The notes: generated by a model not told the origin, from the sequence alone. DNA of 63,314 nucleotides, filler included, from Bigelowiella natans CCMP2755 (GCA_000320545.1; 11 parts of 11 records of this genome joined end to end with filler, not necessarily neighbours in it), one strand, 5' to 3'. Shown: positions 13,100 through 26,059, counted from the whole stretch's first letter. Numbers and translations: made by a program.

Positions 13100-13473
13100 G
13101 ATCGATGATAGCACGTGCAACTACGAATGCATAAGACAAGTATTTCCCCCGTGTGGAACAGTACCTGCGAGATGGCGTGAGACGTTAAGAATCGATGTGT
13201 AGGGGGACTGTAAGATGAGGCCGGCACACTGAACCTTCTTCCGGTTTAGACGTGATACGAGCCTGCAATGATGACGACCACAACGACGATGAGAATGATG
13301 AAGAAGACAAGGATATAACGAGCGTCTTTGTCCAGCAGCTGGAAGGTGGACTACGAATGCGAAGAAGCGAAGAAGGAAAAGTAAGTTTTCGTGGGAATAA
13401 CCTCGTGGTGGGGCCGGTGCCGATTGAGCGGCCAAAGAAGATGATCCTCTCAGAGGGGAAACGCAAAACGGAG
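12103..13473 (+). CDS. Uncharacterised multi-exon gene, partial
   Basis: GT-AG-bounded coding-like segments (RVLWQDEMLQGTAM; ...TCNYECIRQVFPPCGTVPARWHVIRACNDDD...SFRGNNLVVGPVPIERPKKMILSEGKRKTE). Frame of middle exons ambiguous; may extend to ~15280. Confidence 0.5.
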
Positions 13474-14079
13474 GTGAGGAATGTGTATAGCTCTGCCAGA
13501 TCTTGGTTGATGGAGTTTTCGCTGATGATAACGACTATGAGATATTGTTGATGATGGCGAGGATGATGATGATGATGATGATAATGATGATACCGATGTT
13601 ATTATCTTTAGACCAAATCAAAGAGATTCTGAATATCTGCATGTGCGCATGCTTGTGCGGTTATGTGTTGTGCTTCATCGATAGAGGCAATACACACCTC
13701 GGCGATCCTTGGCTGAGACCGTAGCTTTAAAATAACAATAACAACAGTGAAAACAAATCATTACTACATCGGCTAACCCTACATCATCACATCCAAGACA
13801 GAAAGCTAGCATAAAATGCACTTGCGGTTTTCATTCTTATTTTGCGGATATGCAATGGCGCGTATACCCTCGAAGCTCCATCGCAATGAGGTGTACTCCT
13901 AGAAAATCGGATACGTAACGTACCTGAAAGATAGGGGGGGGGGGGGGGGGGGGGATGAGGGGGAAGCAACACACAAATCGCATTCTACATACAAATGCAC
14001 ATGCACACAAATATGTGTCGAGGAGGTGTTTGGTTGTGTGATCTAATATATACTTCACATATGCAGATTGTATTTAAAG

Positions 14080-14115
<36 letters not shown>

Positions 14116-14922
14116 CTCGTATCACCTCGTTGTAGACAGAGCCAAGGTCGCAGGCATTACCGTGGACATAGATTAGTAGAAAGCGCGCTTTTCTCTGATG
14201 AAAAACGATTATACAATACAGCATTATATCCAAATGATACATTCGAGAATGAATTGTGTGTGATTCTCTCTCTTTCTCTCTCTCTCTCTCTCATTCTCAT
14301 GTGTGTGTGTGTGTGTGTGTGTGTGTCAAATCCCGTCGATGTATGTGAATGCACGAGACCTGTGTGAAGATCAGGCAAGGGATGTGCAGCCGGTTTTTAT
14401 TTCGGCACGGTACCCAGTAGCTACATCGATGATGTGGAGAGAGCAGTAAACAATGACGAACAATTAAACTCGAAGAAGAACAACACGGATGGATTTCATG
14501 TACTTCCGAAATAAATCGCAAATACATATATAGGCAAAAGCTCGAAAGGGAAGAGAATGAAGGGTTCATGTGCTCTGGTGGTGCTGCGTCATCATTGTGT
14601 GAGCGATGACGATGATGATGCTGATATGATGGTGATACGATGATGAAAAGAAAGTGTATATATTACAGGTTGGGATGATCGCACTCATAATCAGGCGGCT
14701 TTGGAAGCGGGAACAACACCTATTTCAATCATCATAAGGGAAGTGAATGATGCGTCTTTGTGATGATGCTGTCTGGTATATGTCTCTGTGTTTTTACGCT
14801 CAAGGTGCATCATGCGGGGTATTGGAAAGTTTAAGATGAGAGGGCTGGGCCTGTTGATTCTCAGATATTGGTCGGAAGATAAGTGCCGTCGAGTTGGCAC
14901 GCGCTTTTCTCTCCCTCCCCCC

Positions 14923-14987
<65 letters not shown>

Positions 14988-15683
14988 TTGTTGCAGCAAA
15001 AATACTGCACGCTCTAAAATTTGGTGGATAGAGGAGGTGTGTGATCGGTGAGCACCTTCGAGACGATGGCGCCCATCCTCTATGTTCGCCGAGGCAGGAG
15101 CTGCTTGACTCTCCTTCGACTGGAGAAGTGGCAGCAAATCACCAGACGCGTTTCGGACGCAATCACAGGGCCAATTCAACCGAAAGGATGATCGGGGGAG
15201 CTTGGTATCCGGTGGGGACAAGGGGTGTCAACGAAGTGGGGCAAGGAAGAGCAGCTGGGATTAGTACCGACCCCTGTTGAGTCTTAAAGCTTTCTCTTCT
15301 AACCGTTCTATTTCTCACAAAACATTTTTTTTACGATATTACTAGGTATATTTATCCTCAAAATTGTTTGGATATTCTCCAGATATCTCTAATCTCCGAG
15401 AAAACCTAAAAGTGAATAGCTCTCATCTGCGATATTCCTGGTGCTTTCTGTTGACGTCGCTGGTGTTTCAAGCGACTGGTCATGTTTTCTTCGTTTCGGA
15501 TTCCATCCACAAATAGCCTACGATATGCTGTAATTGCACGTAAAATCATTGTCGCAATGATGATTCCCGGTCCCATCAGCTTTCCATTTAGTTATCTAAT
15601 CGCATAGATATCATTGCCTACGACATCCATTTTGAAGCTGTATGAGGAAATAAACGTCCATACAACAAAAGATTCATAGAGCC

Positions 15684-16742
15684 ATGCCAGGTGATGCAAG
15701 CGTGAAAGGGGAGGGAGGGCGGAGAGAATTTGAGCAATTATGCTTCAACCTTTACCGACTATGTGTATCATCAAGCACCTGAGACTGATCCTATACACTT
15801 AGCACTCTTTTGACATCTACGTACGCATTGCCCTGCCTCGTCTAACGACCGCTTCTTTCCTCTCTCTCTTTTTACTTGACTTCTCCTTGCAGGCATAAGA
15901 GCTAAGGACCAAGAGCGCAACCCAGAACGGCTGCTGCAGCTCAAGCGCATCTGCGACATGCTGCTGGCCGGGGGCTACTTCCGTGCCCGGGTCCCCATCC
16001 TGTCCCCATTCGATAAGGTGATAGTTTCTCCCACCACCTGAGTTGTTTGAATACGAACACGTTTGGATTGTCCTTGGGAGCGTAGCGAGGAATAGGCAGT
16101 GGTAGATAGAGGAAGAATATTAGGCAGTGGTTATTGTCTCCGAGGATCGTATCGCGGGGGCAGGGGGGCATGAGAAGAGACGCCCACATTCTATGAATAA
16201 AGCATAGATATAGCAAAACTAGAGCATTTAATACACGCAAAAACTACTTTCCAGGTTGTCGGTGGACTCGTGTGGGGAATCACTGCTAGCAATGTTGACC
16301 TAGACGTCGACATCATCTTCCAGGTGAAGAGACGATCAGCCTCCATCCCTCAAAGTCTCCCCACACGTGCACAGACGTTGTGATAAGCTGATTCTCATCA
16401 ACGTAAACCGTGTTTTGCATGTTTTCTCAGGAAAATTCCACCATCGGAGAACGTGTGCGTTTATCAGAGCAAATCGTGAAAGCGCTGGTGAGAATGAAGT
16501 GCCCTCATCCTCTCCAACCGCAGCAAATCCAAGGTCTTTGCTAAGAGTAACTATCGACTCGAGTAGATTAATAGCTAAATCAAATGAAAAAGTGAGCGAC
16601 AGATCAAGTAGTTTCACCTTGTCATCATCGTCATCATCGTCGTCATCATCATCACCATCATCATTAGGTTTGGACTATGCACCTCTCTTCAAAGCGACGA
16701 AGTGGCTCTCTATGTGTAACTCCGCGCGCTCAACGTCACGAC

Positions 16743-16839
<97 letters not shown>

Positions 16840-17724
16840 TCCCATTAGGTGTCCCGTGTGATCGAGACGCGTGCAGAAACAAGAACACGCATGCGTAACC
16901 AAGCCGAGTTCAACTTCGAGAAATCGCTCACATTTGAAGAAGACGCGAACGTACATAAACACGACGATATATAGCGCCACCATCTGTGTTATTTGTCGCA
17001 GTAGTGATTTCCAATGCGACGAAGGAAAGACCCTCACGTCTCCCTCCCCCCCCCTCCCCTTCCTCGCAGAGAGATGGCTCGATGTTTCTGAAGAAAGCTC
17101 TCAACGCCACAATGCCTGTTCGGCGCTATAAGAAGCAGGATGGAGCAGATATTCCGACCCTCATAGCATCAGCAGAGGTTTGCGTCGAGTGTAGAGAGGG
17201 GGGGGGGAGGGGAGGGAGAGGCTGCAGCTAATTGCCATGTGCCTCGAGGCTTTAAAATTAGCTTGGTCTCTCATATAGACTCTTTTCATCATTGATGTGG
17301 TTATTGGGGTGATGAAAAGATCATGATAATACATTATTGAAACAAATTAGGCAACCCTGCTCGAGTTTGGAGAGCGATTTTACAATTCCACGACTTTCGG
17401 CCAGGGGGTACACACGAGCGAACAGGGAGGGGGGGAGGGAGGGGGGGGGGGGGGGGAGGTGTGAGGAATTTGAAAGATGAAGATCATTCAATCGGAGCAC
17501 GAACCATGTCCCAGGATATAGATAAGATGTATCTATCTAAAATGTATGTGCAATCGAATCATCATCATCAGGAGAAGAAGAAGAAGAAGAACAACAACGA
17601 CACAGCGTCCTCCTCCTCCTCTGGAACGGCCTCCTCCTCGAATCAGCCCTCGTCGAGCTTCGCCAAAATGCGCGCAAAGCTGCAAGAACAGCAAGGGGGG
17701 GGTGCGGCAGGTCCTGTGTGTATG

Positions 17725-17763
<39 letters not shown>

Positions 17764-18084
17764 GGTTGTGTTGTTTGCTTTGCGCGAAAAAGTATGGAAG
17801 AATACGTAAGGACAACGGTGTGATTTTGCGTGGTGACTGCGGCTACACAGGTGATGCTGCTACGGGGGCCAAAAAGGGGGGTAGCAAAGGAAAGAAAACC
17901 AACGCGGACAAGGTAACTACTGTAATTATAAGTTAATATACGTGTGTGTGTGTGTGTGTGTGCGTGATTGTGTGTGTGTATTTGTGCGTTTGTACGCTCA
18001 ATCTTCTCCTATGCACTCTCCACCCGCATCTTAATGTCAATTTATTATTATTCAAAGACCGCAGCCGAGGATGAGAAGCGCCAG
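15684..18084 (+). CDS. CCDC93: CCDC93 (CCC/Commander complex subunit), N-terminal half, 3' partial
   Basis: MPG|IRAKDQ...[21 protein letters not shown]|VVGGLVWGI...IIFQ|[35 protein letters not shown]|LDYAPLF...WL|VSRVIETR...PVRRYKK...|ATLLEFG; matches the conserved CCDC93 N-terminus. Confidence 0.92.
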
Positions 18085-18094
18085 GTCAATTAAA

Positions 18095-18099
<5 letters not shown>

Positions 18100-18188
<89 letters not shown>

Positions 18189-18255
18189 GGGGGGATATAT
18201 ATATATAGACATAGGGGGGGGTATCTAGAGAGTGGGAGAGAGATATGTGCGCGCA

Positions 18256-18322
<67 letters not shown>
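18100..18322. repeat. Long (TA)n followed by (CA)n microsatellites in an intron, at a contig break
   Basis: (TA)n ~18100-18185, (CA)n ~18260-18322. Representative of microsatellites present in most introns of the window. Confidence 0.97.
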
Positions 18323-18422
18323 NNNNNNNNNNNNNNNNNNNNNNNNNNNNNNNNNNNNNNNNNNNNTTAATTAATTAANNNNNNNNNNNNNNNNNNNNNN
18401 NNNNNNNNNNNNNNNNNNNNNN
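18323..18422. other. Artificial assembly spacer
   Basis: 44 N + TTAATTAATTAA + 44 N. Confidence 0.98.
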
Positions 18423-18446
18423 CACCACCAGCAGCAGCAGCAGCAC

Positions 18447-19558
18447 CTAATCTGCTTATCTGTAGCCGCATAGGCCCTGAGGACAAGTTCCAATCGTGGC
18501 AAGCTGCTTCCACCTGCCTTGAACTCGGGTATGGTGGGGAATGTACGTGGAAGGTCCGCCTATTCCAGGCATTGGGACGGAGGGGGGGGGAAGCGACAAC
18601 GACGACAACGGCAAAGAAAGTGATCAATAGACTAAATCTCTGAACAGCTATTTCTTCTGTAATGCTGGCTCTTATGGGTTTCAGGTAAAGACAGACGATC
18701 GATATTTGTGGGGTGCTCGCCCTTGCGTTAGTTGCCGATTGCGTGTACTTGTGGTGCTGCTGGCTTACATGAATGGTGTGGAGGTATTTGAGCTCCGCCT
18801 CACTTCCCTCTCCCCACGCTGCTAACTCGCGCAATCTTTTCTCATCTCCCTGCTCCCCTCCCCCCTCCTCCTCCTCCTTTCCCGGTGTCCTGCCGATTCT
18901 GAGAGGGCTAGTGCCATCCTCCCCTCCCAAAGCTCTTTCCCATAAGAGGCCACGTACGGACGCGACAACCACTCCCTAGAAGTTGTTTTCGTGTATGGTG
19001 CTTTTGTGTGCCGTGTGTGCAAAAGATATATGGTCGTTCCCCTTTCCTCCCCTCCCTCTCCGACCCCACCCCCACCCAATCTCGCCATTCCTAGCTGCTC
19101 GTAGTTGCATTGCCCCCCCCTCCGCTTTCTCTGCAGTTCTCAAAGTACCTGTCGAAGCATTCTTCTAGCAAGCTGAGGCGAAATGTTGGCGAGCTCCTTT
19201 TTCACCGTGCCTAGTCGCGCCATTGCCCTCTTCCACTTTGACTCATTCGTCGCCTTTAGTCTCTGATGAGGGGGAAAGGGAGGCCAAGAAATGGAATGCA
19301 AATTATCAGAGAAAATCACTCGTCCAATGGTCAACCAATTCTATTGCCAAATTAGGCGAAAGAGCGGCTAGAAAGCAATCAAGTAGCATCAGAATGGTAG
19401 TAAGTAAAGGGGATGAGCTAAGGTCATTTTGACATCATATCCCGTTCCCCTCCCTTCAAGCCTTTCTTCCTTCTCCCATCTATTTCATGCTTATTAGCAT
19501 TTCCTGACTTCCGAGCGGCGCCGAAGTAGGTCCAGGGCCTTGGACATCTTATCTATGC

Positions 19559-19595
<37 letters not shown>

Positions 19596-20130
19596 ATCAC
19601 GGACAGTAAATACATACGTACATTGGTATTTTAATGTACACAAATCGCTCTGATCTTCGTCATCTATCTCGACCACGGTCTATGGAGTGAACCAGCGACC
19701 TTTGACTGAGTTTCATGACGAGGATCTTTCTCTTGAGCCGCCTCCTGTAGCCGCAGTAGTGTCGGTATAGCGAGGTTGCCAGGAGCGCTGACGCCAGGGC
19801 GCCTACACGAACCAGAAAATCATTCATCACAGAGGCGAAGAAGGAGGGAGTGCGAGAAAGCTGGAAATATACTGTATATGTGATGAAGCCGTTGATTCGC
19901 CATTAAAGGATTCGGTCAACAAGGAAGGCACAGGTCGAAGCAGGCAGACACACGAAGATTTCGTCAGCTTTGTCAATAGCGAGAACCCCTCCTTCCAACC
20001 CATCACGTTTGAAAAATAATGTCCATTCGATGGAATCTCCTATACATCTTTCTATCCCCTTCTCTCCACGTTATCTAGTTGGATGGATACCTATGCCGAC
20101 GACCGCCACTCGCCGCATCTCCGCCTCCAT
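18447..20130 (-). CDS. TBC-domain Rab GTPase-activating protein, 3' partial
   Basis: ESKWKRAM...RRMLRQ|GVVVASVRGLLWERALG...TPQISI|ADLPRTFPTIPEFKAGGSSLPRLELVLRAYAATDKQIG: TBC motifs (RG..W, DL.RTFP, L..VL.AY...IG). 5' end tentative (ATG 20130). Confidence 0.85.
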
Positions 20131-20510
20131 TCTCTTCAGCCTTGCCCGGTTCTGCTGATTGGGCACTTCTGTGCAGATCAATGAGCGACAAAGAAATTAG
20201 TTGTCGCACACATTTAAAGGCATCATATTTCCATTATTCGGAAAATCTGAGCCAGCCTTGATTGGTTTGACACGCTGCTACACCGAAGTCAGGAGCGTCG
20301 GGCATTCTGCTTTTCGATGAGGAATGCCAAAGAGAGACCGATTTTACTGAGAAATCCAAATATTTGATGTCGCATTAAATTTTAAAGATATTTTCTGTGC
20401 CAAGTGTGTCAGTACCAAAGCTGAACGGGTCGGCTTCGACGCGAGTGGCTCTAGATCGTCGGTACGTGCCCCCCTCAATCGGTGCATTTAACCGAGGCAG
20501 AAACTGGACG

Positions 20511-20882
20511 ATGCCCAGCACAACGGCAAGAACAATGCGAAAAGTTGTGACAACGGTTGCAAGCCTTCTCGTGATAAGCCTACTCGCCTTGAAGATGGCC
20601 TCTCCAGAAGCAACACCTCGGTACAACATCACCTTTTCTCTCTGCTCGAACGCCGTGCTCTCTTCTCACCCACCCCTCTATATCTATGATTTGACTGGTG
20701 TTCTTTATGCCCCTTCCTGTCTTTTTGTCATCTTGCACACTCAGGGGACTTTCGCGGAGCCTTCATTCTGCCCAGATAAAGCGACAAGCAGGACAGAGGA
20801 ATGATGCTTTGATGAGGAGGAGGAGACCAGTTCTCGATCTAGATTCCAGGTCGACCCAATTAATATCACTAATCGTACGTAA

Positions 20883-20937
<55 letters not shown>

Positions 20938-21636
20938 GATATATATTAATATGGGGAGATTGTGATAACTACAGGATGCTTTCGGCAAGGAGCGTTACCC
21001 CTACCCGTCCACAGACGCAGCGAATGCTACGACGGACAACGACGCATGCAGGACCGGGGGTATTCATATTATGCTTTAGGAACAGATAAATAAGCAATGA
21101 TTATAGAGGAACAACTTGATCAAAGAAGAGGGATAGAGCTCTCACGCACCATTCTCCTGGGAACCATTGCTTCTTTTACACAGATAGATCCAATGATCCT
21201 GCGGCAGCAATTGGTGATGCTGACAACCATGGGCGCTGTGGGGGGCTATTGGTGGCTCGTTCTGGTTCCATCCGAGCGTAATCGGCTCTCTCAGGTTCGA
21301 AAATAATACTAGCATAAAGCCAATCTTTCTGCTGTGTCCTTCCAGACATTAAATTAGCTGCGCACAGCACTGATACGTTACATCGGCCAGAATAAGAAAT
21401 CTGGTGAGATCTCGGAATACCTACAAGATTTGAAGGGCTCCGAAGAGCAGCGGCCGATAGAACGATGGTGCGATTAAGCCATGTCCTCCCACCCCCCCCC
21501 CCCCTCCCCATCATCAAATGAGAATCCCACTCTCCGTTGAAATGTGATGTTCCTCGGCCTGCATTAATCTGAGTGATCACATCTCTTACGATTCAGGTTT
21601 TTCACAAAGTGGTTGAAACGAACGAAGCAGAAAGCG

Positions 21637-21671
<35 letters not shown>

Positions 21672-21948
21672 TCCAATGAATGGATCATCGGCCATCGATA
21701 GCAAGTACGAAGGCGAAACTGGTGACAGCACAGGCACTTCCGCGCCCATTGGAACCGACCTGGCTCCGCAGGCTATGCAGCAGCAGCAACAGCAAAAGAT
21801 GCCTGATGAAGGAGATGAAGTGACACTTTCCGAACTATTTAAGGTTGGGAAACGAAGCAATTTCTGGTCGTTTGACAATCCAGTTCTTGCTGCAACGGCT
21901 CTGCTTGTCGGGACCGCGCTCATCTCTACGATCAAGGAGAGATTTTAG
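20511..21948 (+). CDS. Uncharacterised membrane protein with bipartite (signal + transit-like) leader, two predicted TM helices
   Basis: Six phase-compatible exons: MPSTTARTMRKVVTTVASLLVISLLALKMA..|Arg-rich leader ending RRTTTHAGPG|IDPMILRQQLVMLTTMGAVGGYWWLVLVPSERNRLSQ|NKKSGEISEYLQDLK...IERW|FFTKWLK...FWSFDNPVLAATALLVGTALISTIKERF*. Confidence 0.75.
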
Positions 21949-22630
21949 AAAGTGCATTCAAATGTACGTGTGGAGCATAATTGTCTGCAGTGGCTCCGTC
22001 TTATAGTGTATTGTAGGTGTCAGCAGCGTCAAGCCCGTGTAGCTGATGATTTTGTGTCTATTGTCATGTGAGTATGTATACATGGCGATTATACAGACAA
22101 AGATATATATCGTTGTATCTTTGTTCGATGCGATAATACGGCCATGCACTTTCGTGCATATGAGAGCATGAAATCATTAATGATGCTGCGCTGGTTCCGA
22201 GCGCCCGTAGAAAATAATGGATGTGAAATATGCTAATAAGCTTTGCTACGCTTCCGAGGGACATATCATTGCGTTTTTGTAATGAGCAGAGCACTATAAT
22301 GAGAACGCAAGCCCAAAAGAATAAGGCTATTCGATCCTTGTCTTCCAACATGCACGTACGGAATGACGTGAAGCTTCCGATTGTGCTCTTTCACCTACAT
22401 TGCGGGACATGTCGCATCGCTGCGCATGCTTATACGCGCGATGTAACGTACTCGCTCCTAGCAGTAGGTTCAGTGTGTAGTTCTATATACCACATAAGTG
22501 TGCTACAATTACACAGCAAGGACCAGCGAAGAACACCAGCCGTGTATGAGATTCATGCGATGCAAAGCCACCACGTTGCTCGTACAATGACTAATAATAA
22601 CTGGTGAGCAGGAAGTCGATACAGCGACAA

Positions 22631-22869
22631 TCAAAAAGACTTGCTATCGTTTTTCCGCTTATGAATGTAGACCACCGGCTTTGTTTTAACTCGTAGCTTC
22701 GTGAAGTCCATTCCCGCAAAGCCCTCTTGAAGAAACCAGAGCTCGAAGCTTTCCGTTGGCGGAGTCTCTTTCTCGGAAAGCAGGACGTCAAACTTCTCGA
22801 AGTCCCTTGGGTCTGTAATATGCTCCTCTTTTGAGTAGCGATAGCATGTCTGGTGTAGCCAAGAATCGT

Positions 22870-22902
<33 letters not shown>

Positions 22903-23726
22903 AGCAATGTAATGCCACATCAATGAGAATAATGCGACAGGAGCTCAGCGCCGCGGTGCCGAAGCTGAGGCAAGATGTTGAAGAAGCTCTTTGTAGCGCG
23001 ACGCGGTCCATTGTTTTTTGGTGTGTTTTTGGGACTCGATGTTCACAAAAAACAAAACAAAGAAGTGCGTGAAGCAACTCGCAGAAAGCCCCCAAAAAAA
23101 AGGGTAAATGCGCTAAAGATACCCAAAAAAATGCACAATGTCGTCCCCTCGCCTCATTGCGTGGCCCTCCCGCCCCCCCCCCCCCCCCTTCATCATGACC
23201 TCCTCCTGCCCGAATCTCGTCACGCCGTTGATGGCTGCGATGTTGGCAATGTGGATGTAGGGCGGCGGTGTCAGCTGTTCCCCCCCCCCTCGTCCACCAT
23301 CTTTGATGTCTCCCCGGCATGGAGGTAGCCTTCGGTGCAGCTCCGCTAGTGCATCGCCACCTGGGTAGTTTACCGATGAGGCTGCGAGGAAAATCAGCCA
23401 CGCACAGAGCGCTGATACAATCAGCAAAACCGCTGCACAGCAAGCCTCAACAATGCCTGAACGAATCATGCGCCTGCAATATCGACCCCCCCCCAGCATC
23501 GTCCGCAGCGGTTCTCAGAAGGGGAATGCGAGTAAGGCCGCGAGGGGGAGAGTGGCGAGGGCGTTCAACACCGGCAGCGCGGGGAAGATGAATCGAAGCT
23601 CTTTGTGCGGCAAGAAGGAGTACAGCAGTACAAAGAGCAGAACAGGCAGGAAGATCCGAACAGCGGTGTTGGTCGAGCTGTTTGTATCATATCATCCATA
23701 CGTTTTGTCTGGTTTCTATTGTGCAA

Positions 23727-23767
<41 letters not shown>

Positions 23768-23900
23768 CGCGTTTCATCTCTCTCTCACTGGAAGGGTAGG
23801 AGGAGGAGGAGGAGGGGGAGGAGGATGAGGAGGAGACCAAGAGGCCAGAGGGAGAATACTAATGGAAAATATATGCATTGACACATACGCGCATGCCTAC

Positions 23901-23931
<31 letters not shown>

Positions 23932-24128
23932 CTTGCGTTTTATACTCTTATTTCATTTTATTATACGAACATGTACGCGCCCATGTATGATGAGATATTA
24001 TCACCTTAAGCAGTTGGAGAGGCTGATGACCGAGGAGTAGCCCGATGCGAGGGGGGGTCCGTAAGAGGGAGATTGGGACGAGGATGAAGCCGCCCAGTAA
24101 CGCACGTGGCAAGGCGGAGTAGAAATAC
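22631..24128 (-). CDS. ALG12: ALG12 Dol-P-Man alpha-1,6-mannosyltransferase, 5' partial
   Basis: YFYSALPRAL, LYSFLPHKELRFIFPALPVLN, SSVNYPGGDALAELH, IHIANIAAINGVTRF, YRYSKEE; stop TGA 22631-22633. Confidence 0.92.
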
Positions 24129-24191
24129 CTGTCAAGGAAATCACATTAGCACATTCAAGTTTACCATGTGAATCGATTTTATCCTCAGCTT

Positions 24192-24229
<38 letters not shown>

Positions 24230-24249
24230 TCCCTCTTAAATGAGGATCG

Positions 24250-24349
24250 NNNNNNNNNNNNNNNNNNNNNNNNNNNNNNNNNNNNNNNNNNNNTTAATTA
24301 ATTAANNNNNNNNNNNNNNNNNNNNNNNNNNNNNNNNNNNNNNNNNNNN
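24250..24349. other. Artificial assembly spacer
   Basis: 44 N + TTAATTAATTAA + 44 N. Confidence 0.98.
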
Positions 24350-24659
24350 CATAACACAGAGCACCGCAGAGAAAAGAAGAATAAGATTAAGAATTAGAAT
24401 ATTAATTAGAATAATACCACCACCAAGAAGATAGGCTGGTAGGGTTAGAGATCATTGATTGGAGGAGCAGGTGTATGATACTACTACTACTACTATATAC
24501 CTGAAGTTTAATGATTTCAAGCGATTTAGATGAATGATCTTTGAGCGCTCTGCACCAAATCTCTCTCTTGTTTATTGAAAAACGATGATGATGAGTTGGG
24601 GAAAGGGGGGAGAAGAAAAGGATTTTCATCAGTCCTATGGCCAATTGCATAAAATCAGG

Positions 24660-25731
24660 TACTTAAAAAGTGAAGACTCGATGGAGAAAGAAGAGACTCA
24701 TCACAGTATCACCAACGACCCTGTTTCATGCTCCTGTGTGGCCACATCACACGCCTCACTTGGGGACTTAGAGGCAGCTCTTCGAGCCGCAAGGGCAGGA
24801 GCACGGGGTGTCTTAGGGATTAGAAAGATGATGAAGGCAAGGGACGAGTGCCTTCTTGACGATGGGGAGGGGGGTGATGGGCCGAACCTCTTGGGCGGGG
24901 AGGAAGCTGATGGATGCAGGGAAGGTATGTGTGTAGTAAGATTTTAAAACCGTTGTATTAGAATATTAAACTATGCGAATAAATCGTCGATCGGTCCTTT
25001 GAGGGCAGAATATTCGTGTTAGTGCGGTGGTTTCGCTCTGTGGTCATGCCTTTTATTCAATCATCGCCATGGCTCGTAATGATGATAGCGATGATGATGA
25101 CCATACCAATTAGTTGTAAAATCAACCCGAGGAATGGAGACCGAAGGCCCGGCCTTCGAGATCGAGTTCGCCTATGATTGCGCCATACGCGCATTTGGGA
25201 AGGCAAGGGAGTGGGAGAAGGCTCTCTCTGTGTTACGAATGATGGAGGAGGAGGACGGCATCACGCCTGGCGTCATGTCGTATACCTCCACTGTGCAATA
25301 TCTCCCAGCAAGAAAGGTTGATCGGTGGCTCTTTAAAGTGTAGAATTAAGACGTAATAGTAGGAGTTGTACCAACAGTGTTTGTAGTGGTAGTAATTGTT
25401 GTTATTGTTGTAGCTTATATCAATGCCCTCCTCTTACCCTCACATCGCTAATACACTAACATATGTTGTTTTCTCCCTCCTCCTCCTTCTCCTCAATTCG
25501 ATCCTTGGCATCGCTGAAAAACAGGCTACGGAAGTAATGGAAGAGTACGCGAGGCGCTTTAACTCGTCATCGGGTGCCGATGCGAAATTGATCAATGTCG
25601 CAATTAAGGCTGCGGGTAGATCCCCGCCTTCGTTCGCATCGTCATCATCGTCCAACTGGAGGCTGGGGCTGGAGATGTTTGATTTGGGCTCTCGGCTTAG
25701 CGTGCGCCCCAACATCGTGACGTACAACACG
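24660..25731 (+). CDS. Pentatricopeptide-repeat (PPR) protein, internal fragment
   Basis: AYDCAIRAFGKAREWEKALSVLRMMEEEDGITPGVMSYTS and INVAIKAAGR...WRLGLEMFDLGSRLSVRPNIVTYNT are P-class PPR motifs. Confidence 0.88.
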
Positions 25732-25873
25732 GTCAGTCGGATGAGAAGCGCATCAACGGACTAATAATCCCACTGCTGGGGGGGGAGGGATGGAAAAAAA
25801 TGAGAAATAGAGAAGGATCGAGAGGATGATGGATGATATCACCACAAACACACTCCCTCTTAAACACACACAC

Positions 25874-25916
<43 letters not shown>

Positions 25917-25959
25917 AAATATCTGTTTCTGCTTATATTTCATTTACCGCTGGCTCAAA

Positions 25960-26059
25960 NNNNNNNNNNNNNNNNNNNNNNNNNNNNNNNNNNNNNNNNN
26001 NNNTTAATTAATTAANNNNNNNNNNNNNNNNNNNNNNNNNNNNNNNNNNNNNNNNNNNN
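25960..26059. other. Artificial assembly spacer
   Basis: 44 N + TTAATTAATTAA + 44 N. Confidence 0.98.

Noticed and set aside
13110-13177. KTSISPVWN reading suggesting a C2 domain
   Set aside because: That frame cannot be joined to the downstream exon without a stop; likely chance.
14691-15280. ORFs 14691-15221 (-), 14788-15051 (+) and 15041-15280 (+) as independent genes
   Set aside because: They cross microsatellites and have no recognisable motifs; at most terminal exons of the upstream unknown gene.
15684-20130. CCDC93, TBC Rab-GAP and WDR59 as an endosomal trafficking gene cluster
   Set aside because: They sit on different pieces separated by artificial spacers, and common housekeeping genes co-occur by chance.
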